Positions 8,778 through 18,788 are shown, counted from the stretch's first letter. The stretch is DNA of 64,000 nt from Patescibacteria group bacterium (GCA_034520665.1 JAXHNJ010000003.1:11057-75056), one strand, 5' to 3'. Translations and numbers: made by a program. Notes: generated by a model not told the origin, from the sequence alone.

Positions 8778-9671
8778 TTAGTTTTTCCGGTGATACCAGA
8801 CCGAAAGTAAAGGTGAAGCTATAAAAATAGAAGAATAGGTGCCAATAATAACCCCAATAATTAAGGCTAATATAAAAAAACGAATACTTTCACCACCAAA
8901 TAATAGTAGAGCCAATAAAACAAGTAAGGTAGTTATAGAAGTATTAAGAGAGCGAACTATGGTCTGATTGATGCTTTTGTTTAAAATTTCATCAAAGTCT
9001 TCACTCTCACCCTTAGTCAACCCTTCCCTAACCCGGTCAAAAACTACAATCGTGTCATGTACTGAAAAACCAAGTATAGTTAACAAAGCTGTAACAAAGA
9101 ATATATCCACTTCAATATTAAAGAAAAAGCCCAAAGCAGCAAAAACACCCAGAGTAATTAATATATCATGGATCAAGGCAATAATAGCATTAAAGCCAAA
9201 TACCGGGCTATTGATATGCGAAAATTTAATTTTTCTAAAAGCCCAAGAAATATAAATAATTATACCGACTAAGACCAAGGCAATAGCTACAAACGCTTTT
9301 TGTTTTAATTCCTGTCCAATTGTCGGGCCAATAGATTCAAAGCTTTCCTCAGTCACAGGTCCGAATTTTTCTTCTAACGAAGTTATAATATTATTTCTTT
9401 CTTGATTACTTAGTGTTTTTAGGCGTAAAAGTATACTTTCTTGGCCAGATTTTTGAACTTTTATTTCTCCCAGTTCTAATTGATTTAAATTTTCACGTAT
9501 CTCATTTGTTTCTGGAATTTCATTTTTAAAATTAATCTGCATCAAAGTGCCGCCAGTAAAATCAATACCCAGTTTAAGCCCTCCCGTAAAAATAAAAAAC
9601 AAACTAATTAAAATAAGCAAACCAGAAAATATAAACCAAATTTTTTTCTTTTCAATAATTTTATACATCAT
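8778..9671 (-). CDS. secF: protein translocase subunit SecF
   Basis: 297 aa. LKLGIDFTGGTLMQINF start, six TM helices, directly downstream of secD and overlapping it by 11 nt. Confidence 0.9.
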   Translation of the reverse strand: MMYKIIEKKKIWFIFSGLLILISLFFIFTGGLKLGIDFTGGTLMQINFKNEIPETNEIRENLNQLELGEIKVQKSGQESILLRLKTLSNQERNNIITSLEEKFGPVTEESFESIGPTIGQELKQKAFVAIALVLVGIIIYISWAFRKIKFSHINSPVFGFNAIIALIHDILITLGVFAALGFFFNIEVDIFFVTALLTILGFSVHDTIVVFDRVREGLTKGESEDFDEILNKSINQTIVRSLNTSITTLLVLLALLLFGGESIRFFILALIIGVIIGTYSSIFIASPLLSVWYHRKN

Positions 9672-11331
9672 CTTTTTTTACTCCTTTTACTCCTAAAAAT
9701 GAGGGGTGTTTTTCTAAAAAATTACCGGCTATTAATCTTAAAAAGGTACGCGTAACAATAATAGCCGAAAACATAGAAATTAATATACCCACACCCAAGG
9801 TTATAGCAAAACCTTTTATTAGACTGGTGCCAAACCAGGCTAAAATAACACAGGTAATAATTGATGAAAAGTTAGAATCACGAATAGAGAGCCAGGCTCT
9901 TTTAAAGCCTTCCTCAATAGCCATATTTAAAGGTTTATCGCTCTCTAACTCTTCTTTAATCCTTTCAAAAATCAAAACATTCGCATCAACCGCCATCCCA
10001 ATGGATAATATAAAACCAGCCACCCCGGCTAAAGTCAATGTGATTGACCAAAGTTTAAAAATCGCGACTACTAAAAGCGTATAAATAGCTAAAGCAAAAA
10101 CTGAAATCAAACCAGGCAGACGATAATAAATAATCATAAATAGAGCTAAAAAAGCTAAACCAAGCAAGGCGGCAAAGAAACTTTTCTGAACCGAAATTTT
10201 ACCCAAAGAAGCCCCTATATTCTGCTGGCTAATTAAAGTAATGGGCACTGGCAAAGCCCCCGAATTTAAACGTTGGGCTAATTCCTTAGCCTCGGTCACA
10301 CTAAATTCACCGGTAATAACAGCTTTACCATCAGGTATTTTTTCATTAACCCGAGGCATGGATATAGGAGAACCGTCGAGATAAATACCGACTATATTCC
10401 CGATATTTTCCTCTGTTATCTGAGCAAACAATTCTTTGCCTTCATCATTAAATTCTAAAGCTACCTGAGCTTCTCCGGTTTGGTTATTAAACTGCAAATA
10501 AGCTTTTTCTAATTGCTGGCCGGAAAGTCCGGTATTTATCAGGCCCTGATTGGTTTGATAATCAGCTTCTGATTTCTTTTTTATAAGTATATGAGAAGCC
10601 TTAACCTCTTTATTTTCACCTTCTCCTTTTTCTTCCGTCTTTAAAATGATATGGTAGCCAAAATCAGTCTCTACTAATTCCGGATAAACCTGGCCTATTT
10701 TGGCCTTTTCAAAAATAGCTTGTTCAAAAGCCGGTACCATTTCTCCTTTTTTGAAAAAGCCTAAATCCCCTCCCTGTTCCTGACTACCTGGATCTTCACT
10801 TTTTTCCTTGGCCAGAGTAGAAAAATTTTCAGGGGTGGCCTGGTCTAATATTTCTTGAGCTTTATTTTTGGCTTCCTCATTATACTCTTCAATTTTTTGC
10901 TTTTGTTCTGGAGTTAATTCAACCGGCGGCGGTTGTTTTTTAAATTCAAGCAAAGGTGTTTTACCGATCATTTCCACGGCTTGATTAACCTCTGTTACTC
11001 CAGGTAACTCCACAATAACCCGCCAGTCATCTCCGGATTTATTAGTTTGAACAACTGGCTCAGAAACCCCAAAAGTATTAACTCTTCTCTCAATAACATC
11101 ACGGACCCCTTCTAAGGCGCTAGCTTTTTCAGCTTCTTCTATTTTAGAGGTATCGGCCTGATAGACTAAATGAGTCCCTCCCTGTAGATCAAGACCTAAA
11201 TGAATTTTTAATTCCTTAAAATAAGAGCCAATTTTTATATCTGGCCCGGCCGGATAATCAACTATACCCGCTAAAACAGCTAGTATAATTATACCGATAA
11301 ATGTCAGCCAAATTTTCTTTCTAATATTCAT
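9661..11331 (-). CDS. secD: protein translocase subunit SecD with parvulin (PpiC-type PPIase) insertion in the periplasmic domain
   Basis: 556 aa. LGLDLQGGTHLVYQAD SecD signature and C-terminal six-TM bundle. Inserted between LLEFKK and the P1 head is GGDLGFFKKGEMVPAFEQAIFEKAKIGQVYPELVETDFGYHIILK (parvulin core) followed by VKASHILIKKK (normally the first strand of a parvulin). Confidence 0.88.
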   Translation of the reverse strand: MNIRKKIWLTFIGIIILAVLAGIVDYPAGPDIKIGSYFKELKIHLGLDLQGGTHLVYQADTSKIEEAEKASALEGVRDVIERRVNTFGVSEPVVQTNKSGDDWRVIVELPGVTEVNQAVEMIGKTPLLEFKKQPPPVELTPEQKQKIEEYNEEAKNKAQEILDQATPENFSTLAKEKSEDPGSQEQGGDLGFFKKGEMVPAFEQAIFEKAKIGQVYPELVETDFGYHIILKTEEKGEGENKEVKASHILIKKKSEADYQTNQGLINTGLSGQQLEKAYLQFNNQTGEAQVALEFNDEGKELFAQITEENIGNIVGIYLDGSPISMPRVNEKIPDGKAVITGEFSVTEAKELAQRLNSGALPVPITLISQQNIGASLGKISVQKSFFAALLGLAFLALFMIIYYRLPGLISVFALAIYTLLVVAIFKLWSITLTLAGVAGFILSIGMAVDANVLIFERIKEELESDKPLNMAIEEGFKRAWLSIRDSNFSSIITCVILAWFGTSLIKGFAITLGVGILISMFSAIIVTRTFLRLIAGNFLEKHPSFLGVKGVKKDDV

Positions 11332-11426
11332 AACTTGCTAGTTATTATACACTATTTTATAAACATTGCCAATAAGAAAAGAGGTTTTTAAAGTATAAAG
11401 ACCCCTTTTCTTTTTTAGTATTTAAA

Positions 11427-11549
11427 TCTATTTCTTCTTTCGGCATTTTCTAGTGGTTTTCCTTTTCCTAGTAGTTTTTTTTCGACCTGGTTTTCTTTTT
11501 GCTTTCTTTTTGGTACTTCTTTTTTTCTTGATTTTTCTTTTTCTTGGCA
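11427..11549 (-). CDS. possible 40-aa polybasic peptide (MPRKRKIKKKRSTKKKAKRKPGRKKTTRKRKTTRKCRKKK)
   Basis: ATG preceded by a strong SD (AGGGGGTGAgcttaATG), located between the Gmad2 gene and secD. Caveat: it lies in a polypurine tract that is stop-free by composition. Confidence 0.25.
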
Positions 11550-11642
11550 TTAAGCTCACCCCCTTTCTTTTTCTAATAAACTAATTATACCCGAAAAAAA
11601 CGGTAAAAAAAATGTTTTGTCCAGTCTTTGTTTGGCCAGTAT

Positions 11643-12131
11643 TTACTTAAATAAAACCGGTAGACAAAGTTCTTCAAGTTCTTTTTCCAGCCCCCGAGGG
11701 TTGGATTGAGTAATATAAATATAACCTTTTTCAATATTTTCGGCTTCAAATTCAATTTCTACCTTAAAATCAACAAAATTATCAGTCATCCAATTACCAT
11801 CAGCAAAAATACTTCCCTCTCTTAAAACAAGTCCCCCTTGACTGACTAGTCTAAAAGGCATTTCACCTTCAGAAAACCAAGTTCCCTTAGCCTGGCCTTC
11901 TATAGTTAAAGGACTGGTTATAACTTGATTGTCTTCTATGTTCTCTACTACTATTTCATTCGATAAACCTTCTCTGTTACCAGGTCTTGTTTTTTCAAGA
12001 TTTTCATTCTCATTGGCTGCCTGATTGGTCTGTTTATTAACCGAACCTTTTGTAAACCAATAAATACTGGATACTCCAATCACTATTAAAATAAGCACCA
12101 AAGCGGTTATAAATGTTTTTTTGTCAATCAT
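11643..12131 (-). CDS. Gmad2 immunoglobulin-like domain protein, membrane anchored
   Basis: 162 aa. N-terminal TM, then GQAKGTWFSEGEMPFRLVSQGGLVLREGSIFADGNWMTDNFVDF matching the Gmad2 pattern (ArG.WFFEa.FPv.L.d..G). Confidence 0.5.
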   Translation of the reverse strand: MIDKKTFITALVLILIVIGVSSIYWFTKGSVNKQTNQAANENENLEKTRPGNREGLSNEIVVENIEDNQVITSPLTIEGQAKGTWFSEGEMPFRLVSQGGLVLREGSIFADGNWMTDNFVDFKVEIEFEAENIEKGYIYITQSNPRGLEKELEELCLPVLFK

Positions 12132-12200
12132 AAGCTTATTTTAACATTTTTTAAAATATAAAAAAAGCTTAATTAAAAAGCTTTTATTTAAAAATTATTT

Positions 12201-13712
12201 TTAATTATGGATTAATATCGGAGTACCCACTTCCGTAAAATTATAAACATATTCAGCCGCTTCCCAGGATAATCTAACACACCCATGAGAGACACGAATA
12301 CCCAGATGATTTTCTCCTTCTTTTATCACCCCCCCACTACGCAGCTTCCAGTAGGGTAAGCCGTGCAAGCCGTGACCAATCCCGGTAAACTGCTGCCAAT
12401 AAGGCATATACAAAGCATAGCTTGATGAGTAAGCATTGGGTGATTTATTCATCACTTTATAGGTACCAACTGGGGTATCCATACTCGGCTTACCTGAAGA
12501 GATAATATAATTTTTTATGACCATACCATTCTCACGTAAAAATAAACGCTGGCTGGAAATATCTATTTCAACATATTTTAAGCTGTTCGAAAGTGTAGTT
12601 CCAGAAAGAAACCCAGGTCCGGTTATTAATTCAATATCATTATCACCATTAAGATCACCAGCCGCTAAATAAACCCCGCCTCTGAAATTTCTAGGATAAG
12701 GAAAAAAGTTTACGTTAGCCAGCGAGCCATCATAATTAAATCCCCGAACATGCGGACCGCCGCCTGAATTAGCCGCGGTAATAATTTCATCGTATCCATC
12801 TGAATCAATATCACCACAAGTTAAGTTAACCCCGCCTTGAAAACTACCATCATAGGCGTAGAAACCGGCCAGTTTATTTTTTTCTTGATCATAAACTTCC
12901 ACAATCGGCCGACCATTTTTGTAGACAGCGGTTACTATTTCTTCTTTTAGATCATTTGTTAAATTTCCGCTGGCCACGGAGACACCGCCTCGGTGATTAA
13001 AATCAAATGGCCAGAAATCTTTGCCTAAGTTAATTCCACTGGCCGAGAATATTCTGACATGAGCTCCGCCTCCCGGTCCCGGACCGGTTATTATTTCAGA
13101 AACACCATCACCGGTTAAATCACCGCAAGCTACATTAACGCCGCCCCTAAAACTGGGAGCGTAAGCCATAAAGCTTTCTAGTTGCCGTCCCCTGTTATCA
13201 AAAACTTTAACGTTTGGACCACCCCCGGCCCCCGGACCAGTGATAATTTCAGAAACTCCATCACCGGTTAAATCACAACTGGCTACTTTTATGCCTTTTC
13301 TAAAACGCACGTCATAAGCCATAAAACTTTTATACTTATCTCCTTCACCAGCAAATATCTGTACGTTGGGGCCCCCTCCCGGTCCAGCCCCAACAATAAT
13401 TTCATCAGACCCATCAGCGTCAACATCACCACTGGCCAGACGAACTCCACCTTTGAAGGATTTTAAAAAGCCAAAAAAACTAGAGGTTTGTAAATTATTT
13501 TCAAATATTTTAACTTCCGGTACAATACTGCCATAAGCCTTAACTTTTTTTGGACATAAAAAAATAACCCCTAGAACAAGGATTACCATTGTTAAAATAA
13601 TATAAAATTTTTGATACCTAAAAGGCATATTTTTTGTTTTTGTTTTTAACACAAAGGTGAAAGCCAGAGGCCTTAAGATGCTTGATGGTTTTTGTAACCA
13701 GGAGGCACACAA
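12201..13712 (-). CDS. FG-GAP repeat beta-propeller fused to L,D-transpeptidase (YkuD) catalytic domain
   Basis: 503 aa. Five or six repeats of GD(V/L)..DG..EII.G.G.GGGP.V.(I/V)F. The C-terminus has the SHGCVRLS catalytic Cys motif with preceding HGLHG, as in L,D-transpeptidases. Confidence 0.75.
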   Translation of the reverse strand: MCASWLQKPSSILRPLAFTFVLKTKTKNMPFRYQKFYIILTMVILVLGVIFLCPKKVKAYGSIVPEVKIFENNLQTSSFFGFLKSFKGGVRLASGDVDADGSDEIIVGAGPGGGPNVQIFAGEGDKYKSFMAYDVRFRKGIKVASCDLTGDGVSEIITGPGAGGGPNVKVFDNRGRQLESFMAYAPSFRGGVNVACGDLTGDGVSEIITGPGPGGGAHVRIFSASGINLGKDFWPFDFNHRGGVSVASGNLTNDLKEEIVTAVYKNGRPIVEVYDQEKNKLAGFYAYDGSFQGGVNLTCGDIDSDGYDEIITAANSGGGPHVRGFNYDGSLANVNFFPYPRNFRGGVYLAAGDLNGDNDIELITGPGFLSGTTLSNSLKYVEIDISSQRLFLRENGMVIKNYIISSGKPSMDTPVGTYKVMNKSPNAYSSSYALYMPYWQQFTGIGHGLHGLPYWKLRSGGVIKEGENHLGIRVSHGCVRLSWEAAEYVYNFTEVGTPILIHN

Positions 13713-14114
13713 CAGGCCTCCGGCTAATTTGTGTTTTTGTTTTTGTTTCCTTTTAAAGGACTATACCATCATAATAGCATACATTTGCCAAAAAGTCAAG
13801 CTTAAGATAAATCTATTATTTCTCTAGAGATAACATTAATTCCTCTTTTTACTGATAAATAAAAATAAAAAAACCTGACTCTTTTAAAATAAGTCAGAGA
13901 GGCTTTAATTATAATGAACCGTTGAAGTAAGAAATTTTCTAAACTATTAATGAGGCTATAAACATTAGAGTTAAAGTTCCGCCAAAAATAAGCCTGAAAA
14001 TATCATCCGGAAATTTCGGTTAACATAATTTTTAATAATAAAGAACCACTTATTCATTACTCTCCTCCTTTTTACTCTAAAATAAAATTATATAAAAATT
14101 TATTGATTAAATTG

Positions 14115-16790
14115 TTACCGTCCGCAACACTTTTTATACTTTTTACCGGAACCGCAGGGACAGGGATCATTCCGTCCAATTTTTTTGCCGTTTTTATTTT
14201 GCCGACGGCGATTTGATAAATTATCCGTCGGTTTTTCTCTTTTTTCTTTAGCGTGTTTAGATGGAGCCGATAAAACTTGTTTGCTCTTAGCCACCGGTGA
14301 AGCAGACATATTTTTAGCTAAAGGTATTTTATAAAGGCTGTAGATAATATGGGCATTTATGTTTGACAATAACCGGTTAAAAAGTTTGTATGACTCTTTT
14401 TTATATTCAACCAAGGGATCCTGTTGACCATAGCCCCTAAGACCAATACCGGTTCTAAGATGAGTCATCTGACTAAGGTGTTCAATCCATAAAGTGTCAA
14501 TAGTTCTAAGTACAATACCTTTAATAATTCTAAAAAGATCATGGGGGCTATCCAGTTGATCAGACATTTGATCAAAAGATTTGTTCGCCAGTTTCATGAG
14601 GTACTTAACAATTCTTGTTCTTACTTCGGCCTTTTCCTTTTCACCAGCGTTAGAACTTTTTATCTCTTCCAATTTAATTCTTGATTCAATAGGTATGGGA
14701 AAAATAGTATCAACCACTTCATAAACTTCTTCTATATCCCATTCTTTTTTAGCCTCAGGAGCTGTGTGGAAATAAACCACTCTTTCAATTTCATCTTCAA
14801 CTATCAACATCATTTTATCCTTTAATTTATCTCTTTTCATAGTAAGAAATTCTTTTCTTTTTTTATACAAAACTTGACGATGCTTATTCATCACGTCATC
14901 GTATTCTACTAAATGTTTTCGAATATCAAAATTACGCGACTCAACTTTTTTCTGCGCTTTTTCTATAGAGCGAGAAATCATTTTGTTTTCAATTGGCATA
15001 TCATCAGGGACTCCTAATCGATTCATAACATTTTTCATTCTGTCCGAGCCAAAAATACGCATTAATTCATCTTCCAAAGATATAAAAAATTGCGAAGAAC
15101 CAGGATCACCCTGACGGCCGGAACGACCCCGAAGTTGGTTATCAATGCGGCGCGATTCATGCCTCTCTGTACCAATTACCTTAAGCCCACCCAATTCTTT
15201 TATTTCTTGGGCCTTTTCTTTATTAAAAGGCTGGCCGCCTAAAACTATATCCACTCCCCGACCGGCCATGTTAGTAGCCACTGTCACGGCTTTTTTTCGG
15301 CCAGCTTGGCGGATAATCTGGGCTTCTTTTTCGTGATTTTTAGCGTTTAATAATTCATATTTAATGCCTTCTCTTTCCAAAAGCTCCCCTAATAACTCAT
15401 TTTTTTCAATAGAAATAGTGCCCACCAAGACTGGCTGGCCGACTTCATAATCACGTTTAATTTCCCTTAGTATAGCTTTAAATTTACCTTTCTCAGTTTT
15501 ATAAATACTGTCATTAAGGTCTTCCCTGACCATGGGTTCGTTGGTCGGGATAACCACCACGTCCAAATCATAAATTTTGTGAAATTCTTCGGCTTCAGTA
15601 GCGGCCGTACCAGTCATACCGGATAACTTATCGTATATGCGAAAATAATTTTGAAAAGAAATAGTAGCTAAAGTTTGGGATTCATTTTTAATTTCTACGT
15701 CTTCTTTAGCTTCTATAGCCTGGTGCAAGCCTTCCGAAAAACGTCGCCCCGGCATTAAACGACCGGTAAATTCATCAACAATCACAATTTCTCCTTCTTT
15801 AATTACATAGTCCTTATCTTTTTTAAATAAGGCGTGGGCTTTTAAAGCCTGTTCAATATGATGAACCATTTCAATACCGCCAGCCTGGTAAATATTATCC
15901 ATATTCAGCCAGTTTTCCATTTTACTAATCCCCTCTTCGGTTAAAGTAGCGGCTTTCATTTTTTCGTCAACATTATAATCCGGACCTTCCTCAAGTTGGG
16001 GAATTAATTTGGCAAATTTATAGTATTTGTCAGCTGATTCTTCAGCCGGAGCCGAAATAATTAAAGGAGTTCTAGCCTCATCAATCAAAATACTATCAAC
16101 CTCATCAATAATGGCATAATGAAGAGATCGTTGCACCATGTATTTAATATCCGGTACCATATTATCACGCAAATAATCAAAGCCAAACTCATTATTGGTG
16201 CCATAAGTTATATCAGCTTGATAAGCTTCTCGGCGACTAACTGGCTTTAAATGAGAGATACGCTCGTCCCCTAACTCTTTGTCCTCAAAATCGGGATCAT
16301 AAATAAAAGCCCCGTCATGAATAATACAGCCACAGGAAAGACCTAAATTTTGATATACCGGGCCCATCCAGCCACAGTCTCGTCGGGCCAAATAATCATT
16401 AACCGTAACCAAATGACAACCCTGGCCGGTTAAGGCGTTTAATGATAAAGCTAGGTTAGCGGCTAAGGTTTTACCCTCGCCGGTTTTCATTTCAGCTATT
16501 TTACCCTGGTGCATAACTATACCGCCAATTAGCTGCACATCAAAGTGTCTCATATTAACTTTTCGTCTGGAAACTTCGCGGACCATAGCAAAAACATCCG
16601 GCAAATAATCCTCCAACCGGCTTTTATCTTTTTTTATTTTATTTTTAATATCTTTGGCTTTTTTAGCAAAGTCCTCATTTTTATATTTCTTATACTGGCT
16701 TTCTAATTCATTAATTTTGTCCACTGTTGGCTGCAATTTTTCTATTACTTTTTTATTAGGATCACCAAAGATTTTGGATAATAATGACAT
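14115..16790 (-). CDS. secA: preprotein translocase ATPase SecA
   Basis: 891 aa. DEAD-like motor motifs (MKTGEGKT, DEVDSILIDEARTPLIIS) and the C-terminal zinc finger CPCGSGKKYKKCCG. Confidence 0.97.
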   Translation of the reverse strand: MSLLSKIFGDPNKKVIEKLQPTVDKINELESQYKKYKNEDFAKKAKDIKNKIKKDKSRLEDYLPDVFAMVREVSRRKVNMRHFDVQLIGGIVMHQGKIAEMKTGEGKTLAANLALSLNALTGQGCHLVTVNDYLARRDCGWMGPVYQNLGLSCGCIIHDGAFIYDPDFEDKELGDERISHLKPVSRREAYQADITYGTNNEFGFDYLRDNMVPDIKYMVQRSLHYAIIDEVDSILIDEARTPLIISAPAEESADKYYKFAKLIPQLEEGPDYNVDEKMKAATLTEEGISKMENWLNMDNIYQAGGIEMVHHIEQALKAHALFKKDKDYVIKEGEIVIVDEFTGRLMPGRRFSEGLHQAIEAKEDVEIKNESQTLATISFQNYFRIYDKLSGMTGTAATEAEEFHKIYDLDVVVIPTNEPMVREDLNDSIYKTEKGKFKAILREIKRDYEVGQPVLVGTISIEKNELLGELLEREGIKYELLNAKNHEKEAQIIRQAGRKKAVTVATNMAGRGVDIVLGGQPFNKEKAQEIKELGGLKVIGTERHESRRIDNQLRGRSGRQGDPGSSQFFISLEDELMRIFGSDRMKNVMNRLGVPDDMPIENKMISRSIEKAQKKVESRNFDIRKHLVEYDDVMNKHRQVLYKKRKEFLTMKRDKLKDKMMLIVEDEIERVVYFHTAPEAKKEWDIEEVYEVVDTIFPIPIESRIKLEEIKSSNAGEKEKAEVRTRIVKYLMKLANKSFDQMSDQLDSPHDLFRIIKGIVLRTIDTLWIEHLSQMTHLRTGIGLRGYGQQDPLVEYKKESYKLFNRLLSNINAHIIYSLYKIPLAKNMSASPVAKSKQVLSAPSKHAKEKREKPTDNLSNRRRQNKNGKKIGRNDPCPCGSGKKYKKCCGR

Positions 16791-16891
16791 ATTTAAAATT
16801 CCTTAAAACCTTTCCCTAAGTTTACCAAAAAAACCACCTAAATTCAAGCTTAAATTAAAAAGCCTTTAATAATTGTCTGGCTAAGAACTAT

Positions 16892-17416
16892 TTAATTTTG
16901 CCTAAAATTACTAATTAATCCAATCAGAAAAGGGATTAAAGCCAATTGCAGGAAAATTCCTACCATACCAAGATTTAAAGCACTGAATAAAAAAATAAAG
17001 GGATTTCCCGAGAGAAAGACCCAGGCTGTTAAAAATAAAACAACCCGCCCTAAAATCATAGCCAAAACAATTGAGGTAAAGCTATTTAATTCTTTTTCTC
17101 GAAAGTATCCGGCCCAAAAACCGTAAGCCGCTAACTCCAGTGTCATTACAGGAATTAGAGCCAAGCTGGGCCTACCTGATAATGCAAAAACAATAACCGG
17201 GCTTAAACCTCCGACTATAAAGCCGGTTTTTTTACCAAAAATTAACCCGCCAGCTAAAACAAAAAAATGCATCGGCAAAAAAATATTGCCGGCCAATTGG
17301 TATTGGTGGGCTATCATTGGCATGGCTATGGTTAAAGATATAAAAATAATAATAACTAGAGCTTGCTTTAAAGCACTAATTTTTATAATTGGTTTTTCTA
17401 AAATATTTTCTTTCAT
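16892..17416 (-). CDS. small polytopic membrane protein (possible ECF-transporter S-component-like)
   Basis: 174 aa, five or six TM helices with Gly-rich helices; weak resemblance to BioY/QueT-type S components. Confidence 0.3.
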   Translation of the reverse strand: MKENILEKPIIKISALKQALVIIIFISLTIAMPMIAHQYQLAGNIFLPMHFFVLAGGLIFGKKTGFIVGGLSPVIVFALSGRPSLALIPVMTLELAAYGFWAGYFREKELNSFTSIVLAMILGRVVLFLTAWVFLSGNPFIFLFSALNLGMVGIFLQLALIPFLIGLISNFRQN

Positions 17417-17796
17417 ATATTTTTTAAATTATTATTAATTAATGGTTTAATAAGACGGGCAAATTTTTTCATATCTTTTTTAAAATGAGCCTGAGCTATT
17501 TTTTTAAAGCCTTGGTTTAGGTTTATAACTATTTTTTTATTTGATAAATAAATAATAATTTTTAAATCACCAGCTTTTTTCAAGATGATACTGCTGCATC
17601 CGACTGTACAGCCGCTAGACAGCTGCAGTCCGTCAATCAAACAAGAGTAAGGTGTTTTTAATGGATTATAAATAACTATCTTTTCAATCTTACCGAAATG
17701 ACTTTTGACCAACTGGCCAATAATATAACCAGTCACAGCATAGGGACCAATATGACCGTGAAATTTTCTAATTTTTTCTAATTCGCTTTTTCTCAT
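17413..17796 (-). CDS. FmdE/FwdE-like domain protein
   Basis: 127 aa. The FHGHIGPYAVTGY motif resembles the FwdE-family HGH.CPG signature; a Cys cluster (SSGCTVGCSS) is present. Confidence 0.35.
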   Translation of the reverse strand: MRKSELEKIRKFHGHIGPYAVTGYIIGQLVKSHFGKIEKIVIYNPLKTPYSCLIDGLQLSSGCTVGCSSIILKKAGDLKIIIYLSNKKIVINLNQGFKKIAQAHFKKDMKKFARLIKPLINNNLKNI

Positions 17797-17835
17797 ATTA
17801 TATTTTTTTTGTTTAAATCAACCATTTAATCACTT

Positions 17836-17882
17836 CCGCCAGAGCCTGCCTGTGGCAGACAAGGCGGATCCCCCGTAGGGGG
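17836..17882. other. GC-rich double hairpin immediately 3' of murB
   Basis: ccgcc-agag-cctgcc-tgt-ggcagac-aa-ggcgg, then cccccGTAggggg; about 65% GC in an AT-rich intergenic region. Confidence 0.5.
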
Positions 17883-17885
17883 ACA

Positions 17886-17931
17886 ATTAACTTAATCAAC
17901 TCTCTTAAATTAACTCAACCTCTAAAACCCC
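17886..17931 (+). repeat. octamer array copy B (overlaps murB stop)
   Basis: caattaacttaatcaactctcttaaattaactcaacctctaaaacc. Confidence 0.7.
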
Positions 17932-18788
17932 ACCAGCTGAATTTCCTCCTGTAATTGTATATTTTTTTTATCCCTGACCTGCTGTTTAATATAACTGATA
18001 AGCATAACTACTTCTTCGGCCTTGGCACTGTTAGTATTAATAATATAATTAGCGTGTATTTCCGAGACTTTGGCCGCTCCCATACTTTTACCTTTGAGAC
18101 CACATTCTTCGATAATTTTTCCAGCCGACATTCCTGGTGGATTTTTGAAAGCACAGCCGGCTGAAGGCCTATTCAAAGGCTGGCTTTGTTTTTTATTATC
18201 TATATTTTCTTTAATTTTTTTTTGAATATTTTCTTTTGTATCTTTTATTAAATTAAAAAGTGCTGACAGAATAATATAATCTTTTTCTTTAAAAATACTT
18301 TTTCTATAGGCAAACTTAAGTTCTTGATGGCTTAATATTTTAATATCTAAATTCTCATCAATTACTTTGACCTGACTAATGAAATCACCAATGGCTTTTT
18401 TAGGGTTACCCGTATTACCAACAATAGCGCCGCCGACCGTGCTGGGAATGCCGGCCAGAAACTCAAGGCCTTTTAATTTATGGTCAAGACAAAACCCCAG
18501 TAATTCCCCTAGGGTCAAACCAGATCCGACTGTTATGGTTGTCTTAGACAAAATTTTTAATTCTTTTATTTCATTTTTAATCACCAGGCCGTCAAAACCC
18601 TGGTCAGAAACTAATATATTAGCTCCGTGCCCTAAAATAAAATATTTTATTTTATTTTTTTTGGCCCATTTCAAGGCCTCAATCAGCTGATTTTCATTCT
18701 TGACAATTATAAAATACTTAGCCGGACCGCCAATTTTAAAAGTAGTAAAGGGAGCTAATTTTACTTTTTCTTTCAAACCTTTCATCAA
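17922..18788 (-). CDS. murB: UDP-N-acetylenolpyruvoylglucosamine reductase
   Basis: 288 aa. FAD-binding N-terminus (FKIGGPAKYF...ILGHGANIL) and a C-terminal MurB domain; sits in the mur cluster. Confidence 0.9.
   Translation of the reverse strand: MMKGLKEKVKLAPFTTFKIGGPAKYFIIVKNENQLIEALKWAKKNKIKYFILGHGANILVSDQGFDGLVIKNEIKELKILSKTTITVGSGLTLGELLGFCLDHKLKGLEFLAGIPSTVGGAIVGNTGNPKKAIGDFISQVKVIDENLDIKILSHQELKFAYRKSIFKEKDYIILSALFNLIKDTKENIQKKIKENIDNKKQSQPLNRPSAGCAFKNPPGMSAGKIIEECGLKGKSMGAAKVSEIHANYIINTNSAKAEEVVMLISYIKQQVRDKKNIQLQEEIQLVGF

Noticed and set aside
17836-17882. tRNA in the GC-rich hairpin element
   Set aside because: It is only 47 nt and has no T-loop GTTC or acceptor/anticodon architecture.
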